A stretch of DNA of 64,000 nucleotides from Rhodosorus marinus CCMP1338. Lineage: Eukaryota; Plantae; Rhodophyta. Each line of letters starts with the position of its first letter. The first letter of the stretch is position 1. Positions 25,023-38,988 of this stretch are shown here, one piece after another. The stretch spans positions 1,984,001 through 2,048,000 of the forward strand of contig JAMWBK010000004.1 in assembly GCA_029953675.1 (NCBI GenBank), given 5' to 3'. Below the pieces are notes generated by a model that saw only the letters and a program-made list of their open reading frames with translations, was not told the origin of the DNA and searched no databases. The translations under genes were made by a program, and so were the position numbers.

Positions 25023-26678
25023 GAAGTACCGGAGGCAGTTTAATTACGCAACTTGAACTCCTCAGTTTTTTTTTCTATAGAAACCAGGATGTGTTAAGAT
25101 GCATTAGGTGTTCAGCGTGAGTGAATTGAGGAGCGGATAACTCAACCAGGGATAATTAGAGGTTACATCTTTATTTTGAAAAAGTTCCCATTTGCCTCAA
25201 CAAGAGAGATGGTCGATGATCTCGACTTCTTTGCAAAATCCAAGAGCCATTGCCATTGTGACCACCCACACAGAAAGCCGACCTCCCGGGTCCGACCGAC
25301 AGATAAACAGCTTCCCTATTCGAGGTCATGGGAAAACCCCTATCCACCAGCTGGAAGAAACTACCAGACCATGGGCAACATCATTCTCCCGCTGTGAATC
25401 GCAGCATCAGATCACTTAGATCAGCATAGCCAAATCTGCTATCCGCGAAAATTCGAAACTAGCGGTGAACCTACTACACGTCGCACTGGAAAAGTCCTGC
25501 TGCAGAGAAGGCAGCTGGGTAGCAACCGATCCCCTGTCGACGGGGACTTTCTTCTGATTAAATTGCATCCAAAGTTTTGTTGAAGTGCTGAAGGGCTCAA
25601 CTATCCAGTTTCGTCTTGCGGCGGAAGTAGAGTCCTCAAGACCGTAGAAGTTGATCGTCAAGCCGCTGCATAGGTTGAATAGGACCGCCTATCGAGTACC
25701 CGAGTTACCAATTTTAGGTTGAGAATGACAGGTATGGACACACACTCCTTCAGAAGGATCCTTTTCGGTTCAGTTTCGGAAGCAATTTGTCCACCGTTCA
25801 ACAACGCCGTGCGTTCACCTCTAGGTTGGGTAGTCGCGAAATTCTCTAAGCTTCAGTCAATTCAATATTACTCCCCGTCAACCGCTCAGCAGAAAAGCAC
25901 ATTCTTTGGGAGGAAAGCAAAGCTAGAGGATGCTCAACCACCTTCATAATGTTTCTTCACTCTCAAGGTCCCAGTGGCAAAAAGGACAAAGTAGCCATAT
26001 CGCAAGCACTCGACACAAACGGCTTGGGCGTCTTGTTCCAGGACACAAGGAACATCTTGCCTATGACTACAGCATGGATCTTAAGAACTACCTCACTCCC
26101 TAGAGACCTTCCATCAAAGCACGAGTAGGGCCCTAGCGGGGCCATCATTAAGCTAGAGGCTAGAATTTCGAGGACCTTTCGTACAAGCAGGGTCGGAGCT
26201 CTCTTCCACGAACACGAGCCGGGGAAGGGCAACATAGCTTGACAGCAAATTTCTCTATTCAAAGAACACAGCTAGTCTGAAACTAAGAATGGGTACTTAT
26301 AACCATTGGATGTGAAGCCGACATACCTGCTCACCTGTGTAGAAGGATACTCATCGAGCAACCCCTTCAGCCAAGGCCATAGAAAGCCTTTAGCAGACTT
26401 TCCCGACTACTTAGGGACGTAGAAATTTTCATTCTCACTTTCTTGTCGAAGGGTAATAGCTTCGCTGCTAAAACAGTCGCAACATCTTCACTAGGGGAGA
26501 GGCGGAAAGGACGCTTGGAGGGTTCGCGTGCCTCACAAGATTGGGAGCTGAAGAGTATTTGAAGGTTGCCGACGAAGAGAGGGCAGATTCTGGCTTCCAA
26601 GTGATGGTGTGAAAACTACTTGGCAACCTTTGGTCTGGTTTTTGGTAATTTTTTTGTAGGTACTGAGCGAACACTAGG

Positions 26679-27885
26679 ATGAAGTTCAAAGGTATGGGAT
26701 TGCACACTATATTGTGTCATGTTGTTGTAGTCAGGGTCCTTTCCTTTTGTTCGGCTGTTGACGACTTTTGTTTTCTCGGCTTGTGTTTCTAGGCTGCGAG
26801 CCCGCCGGCCCTCTATGCTTTTTCAAGAACGCCCCGGTGTTGTTGATTGTCCTTTTCATCGTTTCTGTGTACAGCTCGGCTCTAATTTCGGGAGCAGCCT
26901 TGATTGAAACTACGGGAGGGTGGAAGGCGATCTTCTCGGTGTCCGTTTTTCACGTGATCTTCTTGGCGACAGTCGTAAACTTCTCGCTATGTGTGTTTGT
27001 TGACCCAGGACCTGTCCCACAGGTCTGGAAACCTGAAGATCTGGATCAGGAACCTGAAGAGGAGGAAGAGGACTCCGTTGCTGAATTGCTTCAACCACGA
27101 CGGATACTCGTGGATCCGCACGGAGTCATTCAAGCAAGAACTAGAAATCAGAACACCTGCTCCTTTTGCCGGGTACGAAAAGAGCCTTTCCTGTGATGAT
27201 GCGCGGACAGTAGGATGCTGCCCTCCACTGAATCCGTTGGATTTTCATATGTTCAGGTGTGGAAACCCGAGAGGACGCATCACTGTTCATCGTGCAATAG
27301 ATGCGTTTTGAGAATGGATCATCACTGTATTTTCGTGAACAACTGCATTGGCCTCATGAACCACAAGTACTTCTTTCTGTTTGTGCTTTACGGCCTATGT
27401 GGGTGTGTGCTCAGCTTCGCTATAGGGTATCCCGTTGCTACTAGATTGTTCTTCACGACGCAACCTGAAAATGTGCATTTCCCAGAAACGTTTAGTCATC
27501 AGTTGACTCGTAGCTCACTCCTGGGGCTCACTGTAATCATCGGCTGGGTTTTGAGCATAACGATGAGCTTATCCCTAACGGTCTTCGTTTGTTTTCACGG
27601 CTACCTAATATCAAGAAACAAGACAACTCTGGACAACATGTTTGATACCAGCAATGGCCTCTACGACATGGGAATTCTGCAGAATATCAAGTGAGTATTT
27701 GATCCTTCGGGATACATTCTTGTTGATGCCACATGATGGCTTCGGTCCACCTACGTGCTCACAGTGAAGGATCGATCCTGGGTTTTGTATTCAGGAGCGT
27801 AATGGGTCCAAATCCTTGGTTGTGGTTGATACCGACATCTGCAACCGTTGATGATGAGTATATCAATGGATACTCTCGATTGTAG
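26679..27885 (+). CDS. DHHC-type protein S-acyltransferase, 4 exons
   Basis: [39 protein letters not shown] (TTxE-like) and a last exon [13 protein letters not shown]. Four TM segments. Confidence 0.92.
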
Positions 27886-28563
27886 CATGAACTGTAACAA
27901 GTTATTGTTGGATTTCTCAATCAGCTTGTGAAGATCAACTGAAAATTTTCGGTGGTGGTTGATTGACCGTCGTCGGTGTACAGATGTTTTGAGGCTCCCG
28001 TGTATGTCCAATGGATACGTTGGTTGTTGGAACATTGCCGGCTGGACATAGTCGAGGTTTGAGCTCACTGACGCAGCGATTTCTTGGCTATTGATGTTGT
28101 TTCGGGAACACATTCAGGTATGTATGAAACACTCTTTAGTAGAGCCAAAAGTTGAATGTTCACCCTTTCGCCGCTTTTGCTTGCCTTGGGATCTCGTCTT
28201 TGGCTATGAGGAACTACTTGGAACTGGGAATCTCTCCGAGGAGCTGCAAGATGCATCACCTTTGCGGATAAGTTTCAATGTCTTTTGACAATTTCTGAGC
28301 ACTTCTATTTATTGCATCAGCCGGGTACCCTTTTGCTCTTGAAAACCAGCTCTTCAATTAACAAACGTGCGTTTTGGTTGTGCTTTCCAGGAGTTTGATC
28401 TTAATGTGCGTCAGGAGCGTCTACCAATTCCACCACCCCTATGGCATGCAAGATGGTGCAGCTTCAGTAGGTGTGAGTCATGAGATGGTCACGCATGTGT
28501 ATAGATTGGATCGTTTAGTTTCATATTGACATTGTATTTTTGTGTTTATAAAAAGGAAAATTG

Positions 28564-29457
28564 TTATTGCCTGGCTTTTTCCCAGGCGGACATGAAGCCA
28601 GCGAGAATCTTCTTCTCATCTTGAGGGGGGGGAAGAACTGCAAAGTGGCTGCTAACCATCGCTACCAGCTCGGTCTTTGAGGGATTGACTTTCAATCCCT
28701 GCAATTTATAGTGCTTGCGATATTTTCTTAGCGCGGGTACCTCCAGCTTCGAAAAGTTCACATTCGAGGTACCCTTTCTTGGATCGTCATTTGCGTAGGG
28801 GCTGCTTTCCTGACTGGCCGCTGCTGGTGAATCAGTAGTGGTGACGAGCGACGACAGCGACGATCCTTCCGCGTTGAGGTCAGTAGACTTTCGAGAAAAC
28901 TTTGGAGCGATCAAGGATCGATTTCCATCGTGGGGACGCTTCCTCTTTTCCGGTCCCGTGGACGAGCCTCTTTTTTGTCGCTTGTCTTCAGCAACTTGTG
29001 GCATCTCCGGAGGTGGAACAAAGTGGGCCCTCTCGTAAGGCTCCAAGTACTTCAAATAATGTAATCGAAGCCGAAAACCGGAGTCCGTACATGAAGGAGG
29101 CAGTCTAAGAGCGTCAGCAACCTCTTTCCACTGCTTCTTCGCAATCACGGCGTCCACTCCCCTCCGGCCGGTGACTTCCTTGTAAAGGATCCATAAGTCC
29201 AGCTCTTTAAAACCTGTAGAAGAGAGCGCAAGAATCAATCAGCGTCCGTCAGGTGTATTCTGTGCCAGAGCACCTCCTCATTTCTTCATACCTAAGGTTG
29301 GTAGCCGCTGTATGGGCTGCCCGACTGATGACATAAAGTTATGTAGATCATGATAGAAACCTATTCTTTCCTTGTTCTCATGGTCCGCATCCACCGCCTC
29401 TGCCGGAGTGTTCTGTTGAGGAAGCTTCGCCAGAATCGGTTGATTTCTGGCTGACAT
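28564..29457 (-). CDS. ARID DNA-binding domain plus C-terminal SAP30-type Sin3-binding domain protein, 2 exons
   Basis: MSARNQ...FYHDLHNFMSSVGQPIQRLPTLG / FKELDLWILYKEVTGRRG...WKEVADAL...LRLHYLKYLEPYE (ARID). VNFSKLEVPALRKYRKHYKL...SKTELVAMVSSHF (SAP30 Sin3-binding). Confidence 0.85.
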
Positions 29458-32400
29458 TGAGCGGCTTGGTCAGTACAGTTTCGCTGATCAGCACGCAATC
29501 TGCAGAGCCTCTTGCCCGGAGTCCCCCCGCAGGGTATCGCCACTGAACGCTTGCAGAAACCAAGTGGCTGGGAATGCAGTTCAGCTGAAAGGACGCCGCC
29601 TAAGGGTACACACACGGAGATCCTGTTCAGCATCGCGTAGCGAGGCATAAAGCCACTACGACCTCCAGATTCAACAAGCGACAAGAACTCGACAGGCAAG
29701 TTAATCTGACTCACCAGCCAACCTGTTCCCAGTTCTTCACTCAACCGAACACACCAAAGCCCGCCGTGCACTTCCGGCAAAAAAAAACAAAAAAACCCTG
29801 CGACCTTAGGCTGCAGCCAATCTCAGCGCAATCGCCATCCGTCCACACAAACCTCAATCCCCCTCCCCAAATTCCGACTCTCTCTCTCTCATCCAACTCA
29901 CTAACAGAGATTTGGTACTAAGACCATATCCTCCTTGCCATCTAAAACATACCAATCACCCACACACCCCCACCCCCCACCTCCCCCAACAACCTGTTCT
30001 CCTCGAAAAAAAGGAGGAAAATCACATCGAGGAATCCCTCTCCCGCTTGAAAGATTAGAAAACACCTGACATCTCAACAAACACACGCCTACTCTTCCCA
30101 CCCCATCCCTGGAGGGCACACACTGAAAACGACCCATTTCAACTTCTTCAATAAAAAAAACTGAACTCTCCCAAGCCAGCCAATCCCATTCAAATCAATA
30201 TCACAACAATCAACTCATTGACTCTTCCATACCATCTAAACATCTCCCCCTCAAAATCTCACTTTTATTTCAAGTTACCCTCATTCACAACATTCATCTT
30301 ACCCTACTATCAATATATAATACTTTGTATTTATAAAGTTAAACTCATATTTGACGTAAATGGTGATTTATTTCCCCCCCCTAAATCATAGAAGCTATGT
30401 CCAGCATTCTCGCGTTCGATGAGGGGTAACAAATTTATAGCTCGTTTGACACAAGGGCGGGTGGCTGATATTTACTAAAATATTATAAATATTCTTACTA
30501 TCCAATTATATACGAGTATGTGTGGTCGAGCTCACGACCGTGTTTAGAGAAATCCATACCGGTTGACGTAAGGATCTCAATAGCGTGATGAGTATTTCCA
30601 CCCCTCGGGGGCATCTCACGGGGCTCTCGATAGAATTTTTTCTTGTGTATTTCGGCTACCGGTTTAGAAAAAGCACGATGGCGGAATACTGGTATGGTTA
30701 TTATGATATTTAAGGTTATATTGAATCCTGTGATGAGGTGGGGTTTGTAGATGGGGGTTGTTGTTTTGGAGCTTTGAGAGTTGTGATAATGTTGCGGATG
30801 AAAAGGGGGTGCGGAGGACTTTTGAGAACGGAAGGAGGGGGTAAGGTTGGTTCATGGCATGCGGGGAACCTTTTTCTATAGAAAAATGATAGGTCTCGAA
30901 TTATCTGAAAAATCTTGTTCAGCTTTTTTTTCGTGTTTTGGAGGGGTGAAAAAAGATAGCGGTTTTTTTTATACTTTAGTACATTCTCAATTAGCTGTAA
31001 AATATTAGGGTTGGGGACGGAACCAATCGTTGAGCGTTACATGGGCACCGGCCGTTGCCGGTCTCCCAACCAGCAGGAGCACATTTTTCGTCCCTTTTTT
31101 GTGGTGAAAATTTGGTTGAGATTTGGTTCCCATTAACTGTAAGCTATGACTTTTTCTCATAGAATCTAGAAAGTTGTCAGGTCTCTTCCGCCCTTATGGC
31201 GCTCTTGGTCTCCGTTTGCGAGCTGCCTGGGAAGCATTGCGAATGACTTCAACTAACGCACGCACGCACTAGCCGCGATTTCTATGTTTAGAAAAGTTTC
31301 ATGGCTGTTCATTGCGCGCGATTCGCCCGAGAATCTCGAGAAGGAAAATGTGATATGCTGGGTACGCACAGAGCACTCGGTCCTGTTCAATTCGTTCCTT
31401 GCGTCGAGTGCAGTTCTCATTTCTCTGAGTTGTTAGCCCTCGACAAGAGGTCCTGTTCAATGCGATGGGAGCCGTATGACAGGCCCCTGCGTCGTCGCGT
31501 TTTGGAGATAGTATTTCCTAGGCGCCGCCGAGGTCAGGACGGGGTATAGCCTAGGGGCTTTACACGTGCATGGCACTTGACTAAGCCAGCTGGGTACAGC
31601 TCAGACAGGAGTGCAAATAGTCGGCACTGATGCGGATCTCAACAGCGTTTTAGTGTTCTGGTGCTGAAAGCGTGTCCGTGTTCTGATGCGTAAGATCCTG
31701 AGTCATATCTGCCGTTCTGCCTCAGTCCCTCTTCTCCTCGATGATCTCTTCCCAGCTTGATGACCAGTGTAGGACAGCGCAAGTGAAGTCGGTATCAATG
31801 CGTGTGCATGCATTGTCTTTCGACTCGGAACGGTTGGGGTATGCAGATCTTTGCGATCGTGCTCTGTCAAGAGTACTGCTTGGTTGGTCAAAGCTGAACT
31901 GCTTGGACTCATGAATTTTCAACTACTACCTCAGCAAACGGCCCGAAGTCGGCTATCAATCGCTACGAGGGGCCTTCATATTGCCAGACGACTCACCAAG
32001 CTGATGTAGAATGCGGGGATCCCAACAGCCTTGCCACTACGGGAACTACACGACCTCCCAAGACTGACACCGTCTTGGCAAACAAACTGGAGAACCGTTC
32101 TGACAGCAATCCTTGCGAGCGGTGAAACATATCTAGAAGATGAAAGGCTATCTCAAACATGTAAGAGCTCTACGGGATCTGAAGAAGGTCTCATACTAGA
32201 GGTGGCATCTAGACTCTGACCACGATATCTACGACCTGCTTGACAAACCGTGAAGACCGTTGTGAGATTCTTCAAGGGACGAATCAGCGGGACTAACAGA
32301 CCCAAGGGTTAATTAGACGGCTCGGCGAGCTCTAAATCCCACTTCTGCGACGAGACCTCCTCCTGTTCCCGCAGCTGTTTTACCGGATATCGATGGATCT

Positions 32401-32900
32401 GGAATCCACTTTCTAGGCGATGAATTCTCTACAACAGCAGCCCAGCCCCTGCCACATCCCAAGCACCTATTCAATCAATTGCGTTGGCCATTTTGATTTG
32501 TATATTGACTAGGTTGTATCCGTTTAGAATCTGGAGAATTCAATATTGAATTATGGTAGTTTTTGATTCGACAAACTGTCACAAGCCTAGTTTATAGTGA
32601 AAATCATGCTTGATCGGACCTAGGCAGGAGGACGCTAACCTGAGTCCTAGTAGAGTTGAGAAGATTAAGAGAAAACGGAAACAAAGGTCAAAGGTAATCT
32701 TACGCGAACAAAATATCAATACGTGGGACTTAATAAGCAGGTCAGCTGAGAACTGATATGTGTTGTTCGTTTGAGCGAAAACGTTGGTGCGTGGACGGGG
32801 TTTTTAGGGAAAGGAATCCACGAACCCCTGGTCATTGACGAGACTTCCCTTTCCAGCTGGGATGGACTGTATATGTTCATTGCAAGGTTCGACAAGGCTT

Positions 32901-33080
32901 GAAATCGAAGCCTTCCTTTTAAGGAGGTTAAGTGGTTATAAAGGATCCAAATGAGAGATTGTCTCTTAAATGGAGGACAGTCTGAAGCAAGGACGACCCT
33001 TTGAGGTCACTCCGGTAGCCGATTCGGCCTTCGAGAGATTGAAGATCCTAGTGACATCTGCTACTGCGTTGATTCTGCCT
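32901..33080 (+). mobile_element. Degenerate Ty3/gypsy RT-RNase H connection fragment
   Basis: EIEAFL..LSGYK followed, after disruptions, by KQGRPFEVTPVADSAFERLKILVTSATALILP, which resembles the gypsy F.WT.E...AF..LK..LTS.P.L.LP motif. Confidence 0.6.
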
Positions 33081-34794
33081 GGTAGGTGTTTGATTTCGTA
33101 ATCAAACACCTAGCAATTTTCTCCAGTTAACGTGGCATCCTCCTTGATGGGTTGTTCCAGCTGATTCGTTGTGTATATCCCAGCTTGTTTCAGTAGTTTC
33201 ACTGGATATTGGTATAATTTCTTTTTATCTCCTGGGTCTGTGGCTTGGTGAAACTCCTTCCACTCCGGGTCTGTCCCTTGAATGGTAGATCCGCTGGTGC
33301 TCGCGCAGAAGTTGTGGGAGAAGTCTTGTGGTTCCCTGGCTGGCGGACACTCGCCAGATCTGCACTTTTTCAAGGCCAAAGCCTAAGCTCCCTCAGAGTC
33401 TTCGATCTCCAAGACAGGCATGACATATTCGGGTTATTCAATGAACTGTCATTGGAATATTAGACCAGATGAGGCGAACAAGACCATATCCTCGCTAGAA
33501 ACAGCCCTCCTTTTCCTCTCCTTCCGCGCTGTAGATGGAGATCTTGCATGATATTGTATCCCTGGTTCCCGTAGCTCTTCGCCTGGGTGTGCATCGTAAG
33601 TCAGGGGAAGAAATCCCCTGAATTACGATGCACATTTCTTCATCAGCAACTTCATGCGACATCAGTATCTGTTGAAGGAACAACCTCTCCCCGTTGAGCG
33701 TGATTGCGATTCCCGCCAGTGAGGATTGCACGGTGGGTGCCAGTAGAGTGGCGGATTTTGTGGTTGAGGAGGCGGGCTAAAGAATACGTATGTGGACTTG
33801 ACACTCCCTTGTCCCTTTGCGGCTCGGCCCCTGCCTGCAGCTTCCGATCGCACTGCTGCGAATACTATGCGTTGGCATAAGGAATAGTGTATACAGAGGC
33901 GCTTACCAACCCTGAGGCTTTACAGCTGCGTGGACAAACCGATGAGCAAGCACAGACGGCAGAAGACTTCGGATTCCTAGATAGCGCTGGGGATGCTTTC
34001 TTGCGGGAGTGTTGCCGCCTCCGATCAAACCGATCCACCCCGCGGTTGTGTGAACGCGTATATTGATTGCTACCAGTCAATAAATAAATCAAGAAGCCCA
34101 ATAATTGATTGATTTCAGTTATTGTGACATTCCTTTTTACAATAGAATATAGGTCCAGATTTTTTTGATTGAAAGTGACGTTTTTTTGGCCGATATGACT
34201 TTTGACTGTTTTCTCGTTTAATTTGTATGGTTTTGGGGGGGGCTGCTCTTGTTTTCTTCGATTTCGAACCGAATTTTGGGGGGCGAATTTCGATGCTTTT
34301 GCGGCTGAAAAAGTGGTTTCTTTATCGCTTTTTTGGGGGGGGGAACGGGATGGGCATTTTGGGCATTTTTAGGTATTTTGGAAGAGATGCGTTGTGTTGG
34401 GATTTATAGTATGGAATGGGAGCTGCGGAAGGCTTGATGTAGATGAAAAGTTTTGTGAGCGGGACAAGGTGGATGAGTAGGATCGCTAGATATAGCGATT
34501 AGGAAGTCTGTGAATAGTTAACAACGATTAGACGTTTTGTGGATGACAAAGTTTTTCGTTGTGTGCGTGTGTTTGGATTTTGATATATTTCTTTCTCTAT
34601 TGGGGCTCCGGAGCGAAGGGGCTGGTACAAAGTAGACTTATTGTTTTGGCGGTAAGTGGATAGCTACTCCCCATGGTTGGGAAACTGCTTGTAGAAGCAA
34701 TCTCTTTGCTCACGTCTTTGTCTCCGTTGTTTTTGTTTTTTGGGGGGCTGGGCTTGCAGGCTGATCGCAAGAACGATCGGGGTCGCTCGGAAGG

Positions 34795-37753
34795 ATGAAC
34801 TTCTCCGAGTTAGAAGAGAGGGATGGATTACGGTGGTCTGCGTTGATCTGGCCATGGTCAAGGTTGGAGGCGACGCGGTCTGTGATTCCCTTCGCAGCCA
34901 TGTACACTCCTTTGAAAAATCTTCAGAATATGCCCCCGCTGCTCCGATATGAGCCTGTCAATTGCAAGACTTGTACAACACTGCTGAATCCCTACTGCCG
35001 TATTGATCCGAATCAGAAGATTTGGATGTGTCCATTTTGCAGCGGAAGGAATCCGATCCCTCCCCAATATTCTGAGATTGCTCAGAACAATCTGCCAGCT
35101 GAGCAGATTTTCACAACAGTGGAGTACATGCTACCCCGCCCGATGGCTCCACCCCCAGCATTTGTGTTCGTGCTAGACACATGCGTTTCTGATGCTGAGT
35201 TGAGGGTCGCCAAAGAGTCTTTGATGAAAGCAATCTCGCTGGTGCCACCGGAAACCATTGTCGCACTGGTATCGTTCGGGAAGAATGTCAACGTTCACGT
35301 TCTTGGCTTCACCGACTCGGTGAAGTCCTACGTTCTAAGGGGGGATAAGGATTACACTTCCCAAAACATAAAGGACCTCTTGAACCTCGGAATTATCGGG
35401 TCGCAGGTGAGACGAGCAAAAGTGAAGGATGCCTTGTCAAAACCGTTTTCAGCTTGCGCACCTTCCCGACGGAAGCTTGTAAATATAGTCGAAAGTGACA
35501 AGGTTCGGAGCATATTCCAGCTCTCAATGTTTCCCCAGAGCCAGGGCCCGGACTGCTTGATTTACCGATTGAGCTTCTTCGGTAGATTAGAGGGCTGGAA
35601 TACGAATTTAAAGTCTCCTATTGTTCGTGAGGAATTGGAGCTTCAACACGTGATTTCCTGAAAGGAGGCATGCGTTTTTTTGGTTGTTCTATGCAGGCTG
35701 TACAGGGAGGACAATCAGTAGCCGTTCAAGGAGCAACCCGTTTCTTGCAGCCAATCTCTGAGTGCGAGTTCATGTTTACGTCTGTTCTGGAGGACCTGGA
35801 CAAGGACCCATGGCCTGTGAAGCAAAATCAACGCCCCAAGCGTTGTAACTATACAGCCCTGTCGGTAGCAGTGGCATTGCTCGAGTCCTCATACCAAGGT
35901 TACGGGGCGAGGGTGGTTGCCCTTCTGGGTGGACCACCAACTCAGGACCCCGGAAAGGTTGTGAAGCTCGAGCTGGGCGACACTCTTAGGTCTCACGCGG
36001 ATATTGAACGCGACTACGCTCCATTCTACAGAAAGGCTGTTAAGGCATTTGACACGATCGCAACAAGGGCTGTGAACGCGGGCCATACGATCGATGTTTT
36101 TTCATGCTCCCTAGACCAAGTTGGGCTGTACGAGATGAGATCTTGTGTGGATCGAACCGGAGGATATTTTGTGACCTCAGAGGCGTTCAGCCACCCTATG
36201 TTCAAGAAGTCGTTCGAAATGTTCTTCAAATCAAATGCTGAGGGGAAGCTTAATATGGGATTTCAGGGGTCGATGGAGATTCACTGCTCCCGGGAAATCA
36301 AAATTGCTGGGGTCATTGGACCTGTAGCCTCGATGAACAAGTCCGGGAACAATGTGTCCCAAGAAGTCGAGGTGAGTTGCTCTCATCAAGCACCCATCAA
36401 GAAAGCGCCAGTATAGCAGGATCTTCTCTAAACACATTATCATTACTCCTATTATTGCGTAGTATGGGATTGGCGGAACAAACACATGGCGGTTGTGCTC
36501 GCTTGACCCGTCCACGACATTGTCGGCTTACTTCGAAGTTGTGAACCAGCACTCATCAGCGTTTAGGGAAGGCCAGTATAGATATGTACAGTTTGTCACG
36601 AAATACCAGCACGCGGATGGCACCTACAGATGCAGAGTATCTACGAACGCCGGTTTGTATGTCAATAGCTTGAGAAGAGGGACGGACAGTGTGGCCAGGG
36701 GTATCTGTGCATGTGTTTTAACAATGTCTTCAACTACGTTGATTCTTCAGGTGGACTGAGGGCTCCAATATTAATCAAGTGCGATCATCAATCGATCAGG
36801 AAGCTGCCGCAGTATTAGTGGCTAGACTATCAGTTTGGAAAACAGAGAATGAAGAAGCATTCGATATCCTACGTTGGCTAGATCGAAAGCTCATTCACAT
36901 GTGCTCAAGATTTGCCACTTTCGGAGAAACGAAGGAGGCTTTCTCTCTCCCCGTAAATCTGTCCTTATACCCACAGTTCATGTTCAATTTGAGACGATCT
37001 CAGTTCCTGCAGGTAGGTTTGCCGTTCTCACGAGCTGAGCCCAGTCATGATTCTTTTGGGGGGAGGGATGGCTACGAACTTGCCGCGTATTTGCAAATTT
37101 CTTTTCTATGCTTGAGACTAACATTCGGATTCACGCGTGTTTGTGTTCAGGTGTTCAACTATTCTCCGGACGAGACGGCCTACTATCGCTCATATCTGAA
37201 CAGAGAAAACACGGAGAACGCTCTTCTTATGATTCAGCCAACTCTTATATCATATAACATGAGTTCCCCGCCAGCCCCTGCGCTGTTGGATGTCTCGTCC
37301 ATCAAGCCCGACTCGATTCTATTGTTGGATACCTTCTTTTACGTTATTGTCTTCTGCGGTGAACGTATCGCTCAATGGAGAAAGGCGGGCTATCATGAGG
37401 ATCCTCAATACGCAGCGCTGAAGGCCCTCTTGGAGGCACCGAAAGATGATGCGGCGTCCATTATCGAGGAAAGATTTCCGTACTCCAGGTGCGATGAATT
37501 TTTTCTTGCGTGCGGATTGAACAATTCCGTCTTGCTGAGCCATTCTCACGTCCTGCTGGTTTTTAGATATATTGAGGCTGATGAGAAAGGCAGTCAGGCT
37601 CGTTTCCTTCTCGCGAAGTTGAATCCCTCGATAAGCTACAACAATGAGGAACAGGTTGGACAGCAGAGCCTTATATATACCGATGACGCAAGTCTACAAG
37701 TTTTCATGGATGCTCTCAAGGAGCAAGCTCAACAAAGCGTTCAGAATTCTTAA
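34795..37753 (+). CDS. SEC23: COPII coat subunit Sec23, multi-exon
   Basis: MNFSELEERDGLRWS...WP.SRLEATRSVIPF, Zn finger C..C...LNPYC...W.CPFC, FVFVLDTC, SLDQVGLYEM, DQEAAAVLVAR, FMFNLRRSQFL and SQARFLLAKLNPS. Confidence 0.97.
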
Positions 37754-38251
37754 GCAGAAGCCCACCGCGTTTTCAAGATGCTCGTCGTAGCAAGATTGCT
37801 AGTCGACAACCATTCTTCCTGCCTCCGCGAGTCTACGTTCATCGACAGGGCTCTGTGGAGCTGGTGGTTGTTTCGGAGTTTGCAACAACAAACCTCCTCG
37901 AGCATGCTCCTTGACCGCCTAATCTTTTTGACCCGCAAGCAGTCTTGGGATTGAGTACCCGTGCGCCTCTCGCGGGAGTGCGTAGTTGTTATACGAACAA
38001 GCAGCGTTTTTGATTCAGATTCTGAGCGTCTTCTGAACTGACTGCGCCAAATGTGGCTTTCGATTCGTTTTCCGATTCGCAAGTGGCTCAGACCACAAAG
38101 ACTAGGCAGGGCGTGTTTAGCGATTGCAAGAGTACATCAATATAATAGACCGGACTACTAGTTCTTCTGATCCATCTCTCAGGTGCCTTTTACATAGTTA
38201 TTTTTGGACGAAACTCTATACGCCTTCGATCCAATGTTAATGTGCGTTCAA

Positions 38252-38988
38252 TCAATTCATCTGTATATCTACAATACTGCCCTCGGTCTTGACAGTCCGG
38301 GGCTTCGTGGTTGTTCTATCCGTACTCTCTCGCATGCGCCTTTGGAGAAGCGAGATCTTCGCCTTCAATTCGCTAACTTCCTTCTTCAAGCTCTCGTTTT
38401 CAAGCTGAAGTGACTTGGTCTGTTCCAACTTCCTCTGCCTGGATATTTCTGCAGTTCTGCGGTTCTTCATCAGCCTGTAACAACAAGGCGTTTGACAGTT
38501 GGAATGAGTCTTTTTGGATGTCGGAAAGAACGGTAATCAACGCGCTCAGCTTACCTGTGCGTACGTCTCTCCTCTGGCGTCATGCCAGGAGTGGGTCGTC
38601 GCCCACGCTTTCTCCTCGGTTCAGTCAATTCTTTTTCCTTTTTAAACATCAAATTATCCTCAGCGAGTGCAGCCACTCCTAACAGGAGCTCTACACCTTG
38701 GGTTGGGCCACCATCGGCTTCCGACGGCTTTAAAATGCTTCGCCCATCCTCACGGAATCCGCTCGGGGATACGCCCAGAGCCATCTCCCCCACAGACGAG
38801 GTGGAAACATACGATGTCGGGCTGTCTGGAAATCCAAACTCCTCCCATTTTCTACTGCCGCCCATGACATGCTGCTCGACCATCGGATCAATCTGCAGGC
38901 CTGGCACGCCGCGGACTTGAAAAGCGCGATGCTCCGGATACGGTAGACTATAGCACGCAGGCACTTTCAGGTTTCCATTCATCGCCAT
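38252..38988 (-). CDS. bZIP transcription factor, 2 exons
   Basis: Basic region split by a GTAAG intron: EERRTHR / LMKNRRTAEISRQRKLEQ, followed by the leucine zipper LQLENESLKKEVSELKAKISLLQ. Confidence 0.85.

Noticed and set aside
25150-26300. Several 70-100 aa ORFs between FBA and DHHC (similar case at 6300-7300)
   Set aside because: No consistent frame, splice chain or motif was recognised. A divergent gene cannot be excluded.
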